From assembly GCA_965223705.1 (NCBI GenBank), contig OZ245015.1, forward strand, positions 3,680,001-3,744,000: a DNA stretch of 64,000 nucleotides. Reading direction: 5' to 3'. Position numbers and translations under genes: made by a program. The DNA comes from Myxococcota bacterium (lineage in GTDB: Bacteria > Myxococcota_A > UBA9160 > UBA6930). Below, one piece after another: positions 45,542-55,417 of this stretch; position 1 is the first letter of the stretch, and each line of letters starts with the position of its first letter. Under the pieces are notes generated by a model. It ran no database searches. It was not told the DNA's origin and saw only the letters and a list, made by a program, of their open reading frames with translations.

Positions 45542-46687
45542 ATGCGAACGAAAGACGTCGCGGTCATCGGACTCGGCGGAATGGGAACGGCTGCCGCTTT
45601 TCACTGCGCGCGACGGGGCGCCTCGGTGGTGGGCTTCGAGCAGTTCGGTGAGGCGCACGCGCTCGGCTCGAGTCACGGTGATTCCCGCGTCATCCGCGAG
45701 GCCTATTTCGAAGACCCGGCGTACGTGCCGCTGCTGCGCCGCGCCTACGACTTGTGGGCCGAGGCCTCGGAAGCGTCGGGCGAGTCACTCATCACGCTGT
45801 GCGGGGGCTTGATGATCGGCCGCGAAGGCGATGCGGTGGTCGCGGGCAGTATTTCGAGCGCCCGCCAGTGGGACATCGCGCACGAGATCCTCGACGCGCG
45901 GGAGATCCGTCGGCGATGGCCCCAGATGACGCCGACGGACGATCAGATCGCGCTCTTCGAGCATCGCAGCGGTTTCGTTCCGCCGGAGAAGTCGGTGAGA
46001 GCTCATTGCGCATTGGCGCGGCAGGCCGGAGCGGACCTCTTTTTCGATACTCCCGTAGCGAACCTCCGCGAGACCGCGGACGCCGTCGAGATCGAGGTCG
46101 CCGAAGAGCGCTGGTCCGTCGGCCGCGTCATCGTCACCGCCGGGCCCTGGGCCGGGCAGCTCATGCCGCGCTGGTCCGAGGCACTTTCCGTCAAGCGCGT
46201 CGGCATGTTCTGGTTTCGCCCCGAAGATTGGGATCGGTATACCGTCGGCGAATTTCCCGTCCACGTGTGGGACGATGCGGAGCGACTGCGACTCTACGGC
46301 TTCCCGGCGCACGGGGATCCGCACGGCGGCGTCAAGGTCGCGTTCTTCAGGGCCGGCGACGTATGCACTCCCGAAAGTGTCGATCGGGAGGTTCGGCCCG
46401 ACGAGATCGAGGCCATGCGCTCCCATTTGCGCGATCGCGTGCCGGGGCTCGCTGGTGAATGCGTCAAAGCGACGATCTGCCTCTACACCGACACCCCGGA
46501 CGAGCACTTTATCATCGGAGCGCATCCGGAGAACGACCGCTTGGTACTCGCCGCCGGCTTCTCCGGGCACGGTTTCAAGTTCGTCCCGGTCGTTGGAGAA
46601 ATCTGTGCCGACCTGGCACTCGAGGGAGAGACCGCTCACCCCGTGGATCTGTTCTCACCGACGCGCCCGTCTCTCGCTTCGCGCTAG
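45542..46687 (+). CDS. Monomeric sarcosine oxidase / N-methyltryptophan oxidase family
   Basis: GLGGMG, GSSHGDSR, CLYT, GFSGHGFKF. Confidence 0.93.
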   Translation: MRTKDVAVIGLGGMGTAAAFHCARRGASVVGFEQFGEAHALGSSHGDSRVIREAYFEDPAYVPLLRRAYDLWAEASEASGESLITLCGGLMIGREGDAVVAGSISSARQWDIAHEILDAREIRRRWPQMTPTDDQIALFEHRSGFVPPEKSVRAHCALARQAGADLFFDTPVANLRETADAVEIEVAEERWSVGRVIVTAGPWAGQLMPRWSEALSVKRVGMFWFRPEDWDRYTVGEFPVHVWDDAERLRLYGFPAHGDPHGGVKVAFFRAGDVCTPESVDREVRPDEIEAMRSHLRDRVPGLAGECVKATICLYTDTPDEHFIIGAHPENDRLVLAAGFSGHGFKFVPVVGEICADLALEGETAHPVDLFSPTRPSLASR

Positions 46688-46723
46688 GCTGGGGATGAGC
46701 TTTCACCGAGAACTGAGGTCACC

Positions 46724-47185
46724 ATGCGATCCTGCGCACCCCTAGCTCTGGCACTGTTGCTGGCCGCAACCTCGGTTTGGGCCGAAGAATGGACGCCCGA
46801 ACCGCTTCGCTACGCGCGGGTCGCCCTCGACGAAAACGATCGATCGTATTTCGCCGACGTCCGCGAAACGTTGGAAGTCAAGAATTTCGCGCCTCCGGCC
46901 GGGCCCCTCGGCGTGGCCGCGCTGCGGGATGCGAAGTCACTCACCTTCACGAGCGCGGATGCCGCGTGGGTCGGCGACTGGCATCCGACCCCGCGCGTTC
47001 AGTACGTGCTCGTGATGAAGGGCGAAGTCGAGATCACGGTTGAAACCGGCGAGTCGCGTCGCTTCGGCCCCGGCTCCGTCGTCCTGCTCGAAGACGTGCG
47101 AGGGAAGGGGCACGACTCGCGGGTGGTCAGCGACACGCCGGCTCTCTTCGCGATGATCGCGGTCCCGCAAGAAGACGCGAACTAG
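46724..47185 (+). CDS. Exported cupin-domain protein
   Basis: Signal peptide; WHPTP..Q, LLED..GKGH. Confidence 0.8.
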   Translation: MRSCAPLALALLLAATSVWAEEWTPEPLRYARVALDENDRSYFADVRETLEVKNFAPPAGPLGVAALRDAKSLTFTSADAAWVGDWHPTPRVQYVLVMKGEVEITVETGESRRFGPGSVVLLEDVRGKGHDSRVVSDTPALFAMIAVPQEDAN

Positions 47186-48609
47186 CGGGGGAGATCGGGC
47201 CAGCGATGGGCCCACGGCTGGGCCACTTCGAGCTGTGCCGAGAGCCGCAGCAACTTGGCTTCATCTCCGAAACGCCCCATCAACTGCACGCCGATCGGTA
47301 GGCCCGCGTCGTTCCAACAAAGCGGAAGAGAAATCGCGGGCTGACCGGTCACGTTCGCGATGGCGGTAAAGCGCGGAATGTCCTCCATCCGCTTCGTCGC
47401 TTGCCGCGGCGCTTCGGGATCGTGATCGAAGTAGCCGAGGGGCACCGGCGGTTGCGTCATCGTGGGCGTGAGCCACACGTCATAGCGCTCGAAGAACGGC
47501 GCCACTTCGCGAGCGAACCGCTGCATGTCGTCGAGGGCGAGCAGGAAGTCCGACGGACGCGTCCGAGAATCGAGCTCGTACATCTTCCAGGTGTGGGGCT
47601 CGAACGAATCGCGCTCGGGGGTCCGCCCGGTCCGCTTCGACCAATCGCGAATCATCCAGGCGAGCATCCCCAGCCAGATCGTCGTGAAGAAACGACTGAA
47701 GTGTTCGCCGTCGGCATCGGGCTTCGCGATCTCGACCTGGTGACCCAGCGATTCGCAAAGACTCGCGGTCTCCTCCGCGGCGCGTCGGCAATCGGGATGG
47801 ACGTCGGCGGGCGTGATGGGTTCGGTACTCATCGCGATGCGAAGCGATCCCGGATCGGCGCCGACCTCGTCGGCGAAGGGCCTCACCGGCGGCGGCGGGT
47901 AGTGTGGCGCCCCGAGATCTGGACCCGCCGTGACGTCGAGGACCAGCGCGCTGTCGCGCACCGTCCGCGTCACCACGTGTTCGCTGAGAAGACCCGCACC
48001 GCCGACGTCGCCGTAGTCGGGCCCCAGCGGATTGCGGCCGCGGGTCCCTTTGAGTCCGACCAGCCCACAGACCGATGCCGGGATTCGCGTCGACCCGCCC
48101 CCGTCGTTCGCGTGGGCGAGCGCGACCATGCCGGCCGCGACTGCGGCGCCCGAACCGCCCGACGATCCGCCGGGCGACCGCGTCGTATCCCACGGGTTGC
48201 GCGTCGGGCCGTAAAAGGTGGGCTCCGTCGTCGGCTTGGAAGCGAACTCTGGAGAGTTCGTCCGCCCGATGGGGATAAAGCCCGCCCGCTTGTAGCGGGC
48301 GACCAATTCGCTGTCACGCGGCGAGACAAAGCCCTCGAGAAAGCGCGATCCTTCCGTGATAGGCCAACCTTCGTGTTCGGCGAGCACGTCCTTGAGGAGC
48401 ATCGGCACACCGGAGAAGGGTTCGTCTCCCCGGAGGTTCTTCACCGCGGCGCGGGCGTGGTCGAACATCGGGTGCACGACGGCGTTGAGCGCGGGATTGA
48501 GCTTTTCCACGGCCGCGATCGCGGCGTCGACGAGCTCCGGAGCCGAGACCTCACCCCTTCGCACCAGCTCCGCCTGCTCGACGACGCTTTTTCGCATCAA
48601 TTCGTCCAC
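47182..48609 (-). CDS. Amidase signature family enzyme
   Basis: [25 protein letters not shown]. Confidence 0.93.
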   Translation of the reverse strand: MDELMRKSVVEQAELVRRGEVSAPELVDAAIAAVEKLNPALNAVVHPMFDHARAAVKNLRGDEPFSGVPMLLKDVLAEHEGWPITEGSRFLEGFVSPRDSELVARYKRAGFIPIGRTNSPEFASKPTTEPTFYGPTRNPWDTTRSPGGSSGGSGAAVAAGMVALAHANDGGGSTRIPASVCGLVGLKGTRGRNPLGPDYGDVGGAGLLSEHVVTRTVRDSALVLDVTAGPDLGAPHYPPPPVRPFADEVGADPGSLRIAMSTEPITPADVHPDCRRAAEETASLCESLGHQVEIAKPDADGEHFSRFFTTIWLGMLAWMIRDWSKRTGRTPERDSFEPHTWKMYELDSRTRPSDFLLALDDMQRFAREVAPFFERYDVWLTPTMTQPPVPLGYFDHDPEAPRQATKRMEDIPRFTAIANVTGQPAISLPLCWNDAGLPIGVQLMGRFGDEAKLLRLSAQLEVAQPWAHRWPDLPR

Positions 48610-48646
48610 GGATCGCTCCTGTCTCCCCCGCTCGCCATTCTACGCG

Positions 48647-49861
48647 TCAGCGAGCGGGGGCGGCGAGGTTCTTCGTGCCGGCGCGAACGGCGCCTCGAAG
48701 GACGACGACGGAGGCGCCGGCGATGACCATCGCACCGACAATAGCCGCGGCGAAGCCGCCGGTTCGATCGATCAGCCAGCCGGCCGCGACCGGCCCGATG
48801 AGACCGCCAAAGCCGCACCCCGTGTACAAGGCCCCCAGCGTGGTGCCGAGGCCATCCGTGCCGAAGAGGTAAGCGGCGGCCGCGGGCGTGAGGGCGACGT
48901 AACCGCCGTATGCCAGACCGAGGAGGAGCGCGAAGCCGGCGAGGAGCACGTACCGGTCACCCCCGAACAGCCAGAGCGCGAAGCAACCGCCGAGGACGAC
49001 GAAGCAGCCCTGGTAGAGCGTGAGCAACCCGAAGCGATCGGCGAACGCGCCGAGACACAAACGACCCGCTAAGGACCCGAATCCCAGGAAACTCATCAAG
49101 GCCGCCGCCTCCCCGCTCCCGATGCCGTTTGAGACCGCATAGGGCGCGAGAAACACGATGGGCACGTAGAGCGCGAGTGTCATCAAGAGCGAGCCGCCGT
49201 ACATGGAACGAAACGACGGCATCCGCCAGAGCGCCGCCAATCGCACCGGGGCAGCCTCCGCGGTCCCGGGCGCCCGCGCGACCAAGGCGGCCGCAGTCAG
49301 TAGGCCGACGAGCGCAACGATCGCGGCCCATTCGTAAGTCCCTCGCCAACCAATGGTCTCGATGAAATGGTTTGCGACAGGCGGTCCGATCAAGGTGCCG
49401 ACCCCGATGCCCGACACCGCGATGCCCAGCGCTAGCGCGCGGTAGCGTTCGAACCAACCGGAGACCTGCGAAACCATGGGCACGTAGCAGCACGCCACGC
49501 CCACACCGAGCCCTACCCCGTACGTGGCGTAGCCCCAGTGAATCGCCTCGACGCGGGACGTCAGCCACAAACCGAGAACCATCGACGCGCAACCGAACAA
49601 CACGACCGGTCGGGGTCCGAACCGATCGCTGGCGCGGCCCGCCGGCAAACTCAACATGAACAGAAAGAAGATCGTGAGACCGAACATGAGCGACGTGGCC
49701 CCGTTCCCGGTGCCGAACTCGAGAGCCATCGCCCGTAGAAAGGTTGTGAAGCTGTAGGTGATGCTGAAGAGCGTGGTCGTCGCGATGAACGTCGCCGCAA
49801 CCACGCCCCACCCGCGAAGCGAGTCGACTGTGTGCACCGGGGCCTGCCTTTCCGGGAACAC
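48647..49861 (-). CDS. MFS transporter (MCT/OFA-like)
   Basis: ~12 hydrophobic segments; GRASDRFGPR; WF..R.LALG. Confidence 0.9.
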   Translation of the reverse strand: MFPERQAPVHTVDSLRGWGVVAATFIATTTLFSITYSFTTFLRAMALEFGTGNGATSLMFGLTIFFLFMLSLPAGRASDRFGPRPVVLFGCASMVLGLWLTSRVEAIHWGYATYGVGLGVGVACCYVPMVSQVSGWFERYRALALGIAVSGIGVGTLIGPPVANHFIETIGWRGTYEWAAIVALVGLLTAAALVARAPGTAEAAPVRLAALWRMPSFRSMYGGSLLMTLALYVPIVFLAPYAVSNGIGSGEAAALMSFLGFGSLAGRLCLGAFADRFGLLTLYQGCFVVLGGCFALWLFGGDRYVLLAGFALLLGLAYGGYVALTPAAAAYLFGTDGLGTTLGALYTGCGFGGLIGPVAAGWLIDRTGGFAAAIVGAMVIAGASVVVLRGAVRAGTKNLAAPAR

Positions 49862-49902
49862 CCCGGTCCTCGATGGTACAGTACCGTCCCGGAGAAGGCG
49901 GA

Positions 49903-51198
49903 ATGTCCGAAGCGGAAGACAACTCTCTTCTAGGCGACGCCCAGGACACGGACGAGCTCGTCGATCGTGTCGAGCGAAAGAAGCCGTACGAGCGCTACGT
50001 CGAGGCGAAGCTCGGACTGCGCAATCACTGGTACGCCGTTTTCTTCGGGAGTGAGCTCGAAGAAGGCCAGGTGCGCGGCGAAATGGTCTGCGGCGAACGC
50101 ATCGTCTTCAAGCGAGTCGGCGGGGACCTCTACGCCCTCGAAGACCGCTGTCCGCACCGAGGCGCTTCGTTCACCGCACGCCCCGAATGCTACAGCGAGA
50201 ACACGCTGACCTGCTGGCTTCACGGCTTCACCTTCGATGTGCGCGACGGAGCCCTCGTCGAAATTCTGACGGAACCCGGCAGCAAACTCGTCGGCAAACT
50301 CAAACACAAGACCTATCCCGTCCGTGAAATCAACGGCGTGGTGTTCCTCTTCATCGGCGACATGGATCCTCCGCCGCCGGTGGAACAGGACATCCAACCG
50401 AAGTTCCTCCGCCCGGGGCTCGTCTGCCAACCGGTCGCGCGGAACAAGTCCCGCGCGAACTGGCGCCTCGCAACCGAAAACGGTTACGACGCCGCGCACC
50501 TCTACGCCCACCGCAATGCCGGGCTCTTCGAGCAGATCGATATCCCGGTTCCACTCTCCACATTCCCGAGTCGCAAAGACCAGGTGACGGAAGTCAACGG
50601 GGAAGAAGGCCCGTGGGGCATCGTCAAATTTGACGACATCAACATCTGGCACGCCGAAGTCGACGGCCATCCCGTGACGGCGCCCAACGTGTCGCCCGGC
50701 GAAACTCACGAGAACTGGGATATCGAAGTCGGGCTCTTCATGCCCTGTGGCCTGGAAGTCGACTACTTCCCCGCTCCGGGCGTGCTGCACTTCGAGTGGT
50801 ACACGCCGATCGACGAGGACCACCATCTCTACATCATCGCTCACGCCGCCGTGTGCGACGGCCCCGATGAGGAAGTGGCGTTTCGAGCGCGCTGCACGGA
50901 AGAGCTCGCGCCGTTGGTGTGGCGCGGCGAAGGCGACCCGGACTCCCCGGTTGGCGACGGCTCCGGCTGGGGCTTCAACAACTTCGACGATTGGGGGCGT
51001 GAGCAGATGCACCACGTCTACCACTACGAAGACTTCTGGCACCGCGAGCGCTTGTTCCGACCGGACTACATCGTGGTGCGCTGGCGCATGCTGGTCGCCC
51101 AGCGCATGCGCGGAATCCAGACCTGGGGTACCTGGGCGCCGACCCGCGGCTGGTCGCCGGACGGCCGGGGCTACGACCCGAAGTTTGGACCCAAGTAA
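49903..51198 (+). CDS. Rieske non-heme iron oxygenase, CarAa/OxoO-like
   Basis: EAKLGLRNHWY, CPH..CWLH, NWRLATENGYDAAHLYAH. Confidence 0.92.
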   Translation: MSEAEDNSLLGDAQDTDELVDRVERKKPYERYVEAKLGLRNHWYAVFFGSELEEGQVRGEMVCGERIVFKRVGGDLYALEDRCPHRGASFTARPECYSENTLTCWLHGFTFDVRDGALVEILTEPGSKLVGKLKHKTYPVREINGVVFLFIGDMDPPPPVEQDIQPKFLRPGLVCQPVARNKSRANWRLATENGYDAAHLYAHRNAGLFEQIDIPVPLSTFPSRKDQVTEVNGEEGPWGIVKFDDINIWHAEVDGHPVTAPNVSPGETHENWDIEVGLFMPCGLEVDYFPAPGVLHFEWYTPIDEDHHLYIIAHAAVCDGPDEEVAFRARCTEELAPLVWRGEGDPDSPVGDGSGWGFNNFDDWGREQMHHVYHYEDFWHRERLFRPDYIVVRWRMLVAQRMRGIQTWGTWAPTRGWSPDGRGYDPKFGPK

Positions 51199-51211
51199 CA
51201 CGAGGAACGCG

Positions 51212-52078
51212 ATGACGACCCTTTGGAACACACTGCAAGGCGTCCCCTTCAGGCAGTACTTCGTCGAGGCCGGCGGGGTCTCGACCCGCGTGATCGAAGC
51301 CGGCGAGGGACCGGCCCTCATTTTCCTGCACGGGACCGGCGGCCACGCCGAGGCCTACGCGCGCAATCTCGAAGCCCACGCGAAACATTTCCGAGTCCTC
51401 GCGATCGACATGGTGGGCCACGGTTACTCCGCGATGCCCGATGTCGATTACGGACCGCAGGTGTACATCGACTTTCTTCGCGACTTTGCCGACGTGATCG
51501 GTGAAGAGAAGATCTACGTATCCGGCGAATCCCTGGGAGCGCAAGTCGCCGCCTGGTTCGCGATCCAACACCCCGACCGCGTGCATAAGATCGTCATGAA
51601 CACGGGCATGCTCCTCCCACCCGATGAACTCGGCCGCCAAGACTTCAAAGAGTTTCTCGAACTCACGAAGAAAGCGACCGGCGCGCCGACGCGAGACGCC
51701 ATTCGCGAACGGTTGCGTTGGCTCGTGCACGAAGACCACAGCGTGACGGACGAACTGGTGGAAGTGCGCTTTCAAATCTATACGCAGCCCGGCCGCGCCG
51801 AGAACATCGGTAAAATCGGCAAAGCGAGCCTCGCCACCTTGATGGACGACGCCGTTGCAGCGGAGTGGACGCACGGTGGCCTGCTGAAGCAGATCGCGTG
51901 CCCCGTGCTGGTTTTGTGGACCCAGCACAATCCCGGCCAACGCTTGCCCGTCGCAGAAGAAGGGGCGGCGCTCATTCCGAACGCGGAGCTCACCGTGTTC
52001 CCGAACTCGGCCCACTGGCCGCAATGGGAAGAGCCCGAGCGGTTCAACGACGAACACCTGGCGTACCTGCTGAAGTAG
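51212..52078 (+). CDS. Alpha/beta hydrolase, meta-cleavage product hydrolase-like
   Basis: LHGTGG, GESLG, AHWPQWE. Confidence 0.85.
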   Translation: MTTLWNTLQGVPFRQYFVEAGGVSTRVIEAGEGPALIFLHGTGGHAEAYARNLEAHAKHFRVLAIDMVGHGYSAMPDVDYGPQVYIDFLRDFADVIGEEKIYVSGESLGAQVAAWFAIQHPDRVHKIVMNTGMLLPPDELGRQDFKEFLELTKKATGAPTRDAIRERLRWLVHEDHSVTDELVEVRFQIYTQPGRAENIGKIGKASLATLMDDAVAAEWTHGGLLKQIACPVLVLWTQHNPGQRLPVAEEGAALIPNAELTVFPNSAHWPQWEEPERFNDEHLAYLLK

Positions 52079-52084
52079 TCGCTC

Positions 52085-53317
52085 GTGGACTCGCGAATCA
52101 ACCGGGAGCGACTCTGGGCGAGCCTGATGGAGATGGCCCGAATCGGAGCCACCTCTTCGGGCGGATGCAACCGCCAGGCGTTGACGGACGAGGATCGCGC
52201 GGGACGGGACCTCTTCTGTAGATGGGCGAAGGAAGCCGGCGCTTCGATTCGCGTCGACACGATGGGGAATATCTTCGCGTCGCGCTCAGGTCGACGCGAC
52301 CTGGCACCGGTGTTGATGGGCTCGCACCTGGATACCCAACCGACCGGCGGAAAGTTCGACGGTGTCTACGGTGTACTCGCAGGCCTCGAAGTCTTGCGGA
52401 CTCTGAACGACGGCCGGCTCGAAACCGACGGCCCACTAGAAGTGGTCGTTTGGACCAACGAAGAAGGGGCGAGATTCTCGCCCGCGATGGTCGGTTCCGG
52501 TGTCTGGGCGGGCGCTCTGGTCGAGGAGGACGCATACACAGCAACGGATTCCGCCGGCGCATCGTTTCGAGGCGAGCTCGAACGCATCGGCTATCGCGGT
52601 TCGGTACCCGCGAAACCGTTTCCGATTCACGGCGCTTTCGAAGTGCACATCGAGCAAGGACCCGTCCTCGAGCATCGCGGCGATCGCATTGGCGTCGTTG
52701 TGGGCGTACAGGGGATGCGCTGGTACGACCTCACCATCGACGGCGTTTCCTGTCATGCCGGGACCACGCCGATGGCGGCACGGAACGATCCCGCCAAAAC
52801 TCTCTTCGTCGCCCTCAGCCGCTTCTTCGAAGCTCTTAACGGGTTTGGAGAAGAAGCGAGAGCCACCGTGGGCGTCCTGCGTTCCGAGCCTGCGAGCCGC
52901 AATACGGTTCCGCACCGCGTCGCAACGAGCGTCGATTTACGCCACCCGGAGCCCGCGCACCTCGATCGCCTCGAGGACACGCTCCGGGGAGAACTCGCCG
53001 CCGTCTGCGAAGCCGATGGGACGCACTTCTCCCTTTCAAAAAACTGGGATTCCCCGCCAGTCGTTTTCGACGCGGGATGCGTCGATGCGGTGCGCCGCGC
53101 GGTGACCCACCTGGGCTACGCCCACCACGCGATGGTGAGCGGAGCCGGCCACGATTCCGTTTACGTTTCGCGCGTCGCCCCCACGGCGATGATCTTCGTG
53201 CCGTGCCTCGGCGGCTTGAGCCACAACGAAGCGGAGAGTGCTGACCCCGAAGACCTCGAAGCAGGTGCGAACGTGCTGCTCCACGCGGTGCTCGCGCGCG
53301 ATGAGGCGAGAGACTAA
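52085..53317 (+). CDS. N-carbamoyl-amino-acid/beta-ureidopropionase-like Zn amidohydrolase (M20)
   Basis: GSHLDTQPTGGKFDG, NEEG, HIEQG, HAGTTP, SGAGHD, SHNE. Confidence 0.93.
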   Translation: MDSRINRERLWASLMEMARIGATSSGGCNRQALTDEDRAGRDLFCRWAKEAGASIRVDTMGNIFASRSGRRDLAPVLMGSHLDTQPTGGKFDGVYGVLAGLEVLRTLNDGRLETDGPLEVVVWTNEEGARFSPAMVGSGVWAGALVEEDAYTATDSAGASFRGELERIGYRGSVPAKPFPIHGAFEVHIEQGPVLEHRGDRIGVVVGVQGMRWYDLTIDGVSCHAGTTPMAARNDPAKTLFVALSRFFEALNGFGEEARATVGVLRSEPASRNTVPHRVATSVDLRHPEPAHLDRLEDTLRGELAAVCEADGTHFSLSKNWDSPPVVFDAGCVDAVRRAVTHLGYAHHAMVSGAGHDSVYVSRVAPTAMIFVPCLGGLSHNEAESADPEDLEAGANVLLHAVLARDEARD

Positions 53318-54063
53318 CCGCCGCCGTCGAGCGGAAGAGCGACTCCGTTGACGTAGGTCGCGTGCGGCGAGCAGAGCCACAGGACGGCGTTCGCGACTTC
53401 GTCTTCCGTGCAGATCCGGCCGATCGCCAACGCTTCGCCAAAGCCTTCTTTCGCGGAAGCGTCGCCCCCGACCATGCGGTCGAGCATCGGCGCGTCGACG
53501 GCGCCGGGACACACGGCGTTTACGCGGACGCCCGCCGCGGCGACTTCGAGTGCGGCAGCACGCGTGAGTCCCACGATGCCGTGCGCCGCCGCACAATAGG
53601 AGGCGAAGTTCGGAAAGCCGATCAGGCCGAAGCTTCCCGCCATGTTGACGATGGCGCCCCCTCCCTGCTCCCGCATCGTGCGAATCTGCGCCCGCATCCC
53701 GCGCCACACGCCACTCAGTTTGAGGTCGATCATTCGCGACCAGTCTTCGTCGCGGATCGCCTCGACCGGCCCGGGGTTGCCTTCCCAGCCCGCGTTGTTG
53801 AACGCACAGTCGAGCCGCCCGAATCGAGCCATGGTTTCGGCGACCGCAGCGTCCACCGTGCTCGCTTCCCGCACGTCGGTGCGAGCAAAAAAACCCGCCA
53901 CACCGATGGCGTCGAGCTCGCGCACGACCTCCTCCGCGTGCTCGGCATTGCGTCCCGCGACCGCGACGCGCGCGCCCGCGCGTCCGAAACGCAATGCGAC
54001 GGTACGACCGATGCCGGATGTTCCGCCGATGACGAGCGCGGTTTTTCCTTCGAAGTCACCCAT
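53314..54063 (-). CDS. Short-chain dehydrogenase/reductase (atypical active site)
   Basis: GGTSGIG, NNAG, VNAVCPG, LDGG; YCAAA instead of YxxxK. Confidence 0.9.
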   Translation of the reverse strand: MGDFEGKTALVIGGTSGIGRTVALRFGRAGARVAVAGRNAEHAEEVVRELDAIGVAGFFARTDVREASTVDAAVAETMARFGRLDCAFNNAGWEGNPGPVEAIRDEDWSRMIDLKLSGVWRGMRAQIRTMREQGGGAIVNMAGSFGLIGFPNFASYCAAAHGIVGLTRAAALEVAAAGVRVNAVCPGAVDAPMLDRMVGGDASAKEGFGEALAIGRICTEDEVANAVLWLCSPHATYVNGVALPLDGGG

Positions 54064-54083
54064 TTAGCGGCGGTCGAAGGCGC

Positions 54084-55346
54084 TCAACGCGGGAAGTAGC
54101 CGCGGGCATGATCGCGGGTCTGGACGCCGCGCGCGTGTTTCGTCACGAACTTGCGCCACATCGTGAGTTCGAGATCGGGTCGGTAGAGTCGTTCGCGGAG
54201 CCAACCGTCTTCCTCGGCGTAAAACTTCTGGAGCTCCTTGCGCGCGAACGCGTCGTCGATCGTGAAGTCCTCCACGGTCGGCCCTTCCCACTCTTCTTTC
54301 GCTCGTCCGTTCATCCACGCGTCCGCCTCGCGGGCGTCGGTTGTCTTGAGGACGCCGAACTGGAAGTACATGTGCGACCCCGCGTCGCGCGGCACATAGG
54401 CCTCGTAGTGGATCGACGGCTTCGCGGGCCACGGATCGACCTTCAACATGCACGGCATCCACAACCCCACTTCGCAGTTGTGCGCGTACGATGCGATCTC
54501 GTCGAGCTCTTCGGACGTCTTGCCCTCCGCCGCCGGCAGAACCACCGATACCGACGTGCCGTCGCGCATCGGGATGCTCGCTTCTTGGACGATGTGGGTC
54601 TCGGCGGCTTTTCTCGTAAACCCTTTCGGGCCGTCGTCGGCGTCGAAATACTGCGTCGTGCGCAGCACGCTTTCTTTGTTGGATACCCACCCGAACGACA
54701 TCGGTATGCCGCTCTTCTCGCTGAAAGGCGACCAGTTGTGGATGAACTGATGCCCGGGGTCGTACCCGTTTTCGCACGCCAACCGCCAGTTCGCTTCGAT
54801 GACGTAGGGCTCGGCAGCGTACACCACGGCGTCGTCGTCGAGGAAACCCGGGGCGACGTCATACGCGAGGGGCAGCGGTTCGATATCCCCGACGAACAGA
54901 AACACCACGTCCTTCTGCTCTTCAAGCGGATAACTCTTGATGCGGAGCTTCCCGATAAGCGGCGAGTTCGGCTCGTTCAAGATCGTGCGGAGCTCACCGT
55001 CATCGAGATTGAACGTCAGCGTGTGATACCAGCACGTCAGTGTCTCTTGCGTGTAGCACAGGGGACGCGCCGAGAATCGCACGCCACGATGCGGACATCG
55101 GTCTTCTAGCGCGTAGAGGGCGCCGTCTTGGCGCGTCAACAGGATGTCTTCACCCAGCAAGGTGATCGCTTTGAACCCACCCTCTGGGATGTCCTTCGAC
55201 AGCGCCGCGGGATACCAGTGGTTGCGCAGACCGAGCTCAGCATCGATCCAAACGCCCCAGGGCTTCTTCGTGCGTTCCGTCTTCGCCTTCTCTTGATCGA
55301 CCCAGTCGGCGGTTTCTTCGAGCAGCGTCTTTTCGATGTCACCCAT
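54084..55346 (-). CDS. Second CarAa/OxoO-like Rieske oxygenase
   Basis: DAELGLRNHWYP, CPH..CWYH, NWRLACENGYDPGHQFIH. Confidence 0.92.
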   Translation of the reverse strand: MGDIEKTLLEETADWVDQEKAKTERTKKPWGVWIDAELGLRNHWYPAALSKDIPEGGFKAITLLGEDILLTRQDGALYALEDRCPHRGVRFSARPLCYTQETLTCWYHTLTFNLDDGELRTILNEPNSPLIGKLRIKSYPLEEQKDVVFLFVGDIEPLPLAYDVAPGFLDDDAVVYAAEPYVIEANWRLACENGYDPGHQFIHNWSPFSEKSGIPMSFGWVSNKESVLRTTQYFDADDGPKGFTRKAAETHIVQEASIPMRDGTSVSVVLPAAEGKTSEELDEIASYAHNCEVGLWMPCMLKVDPWPAKPSIHYEAYVPRDAGSHMYFQFGVLKTTDAREADAWMNGRAKEEWEGPTVEDFTIDDAFARKELQKFYAEEDGWLRERLYRPDLELTMWRKFVTKHARGVQTRDHARGYFPR

Positions 55347-55417
55347 GGCGGACTCCGATACGGACACGGTGTGTGCCTTAGAGAGTGGTAGTCTACCGGG
55401 AACGGAGTCCACGAGTC

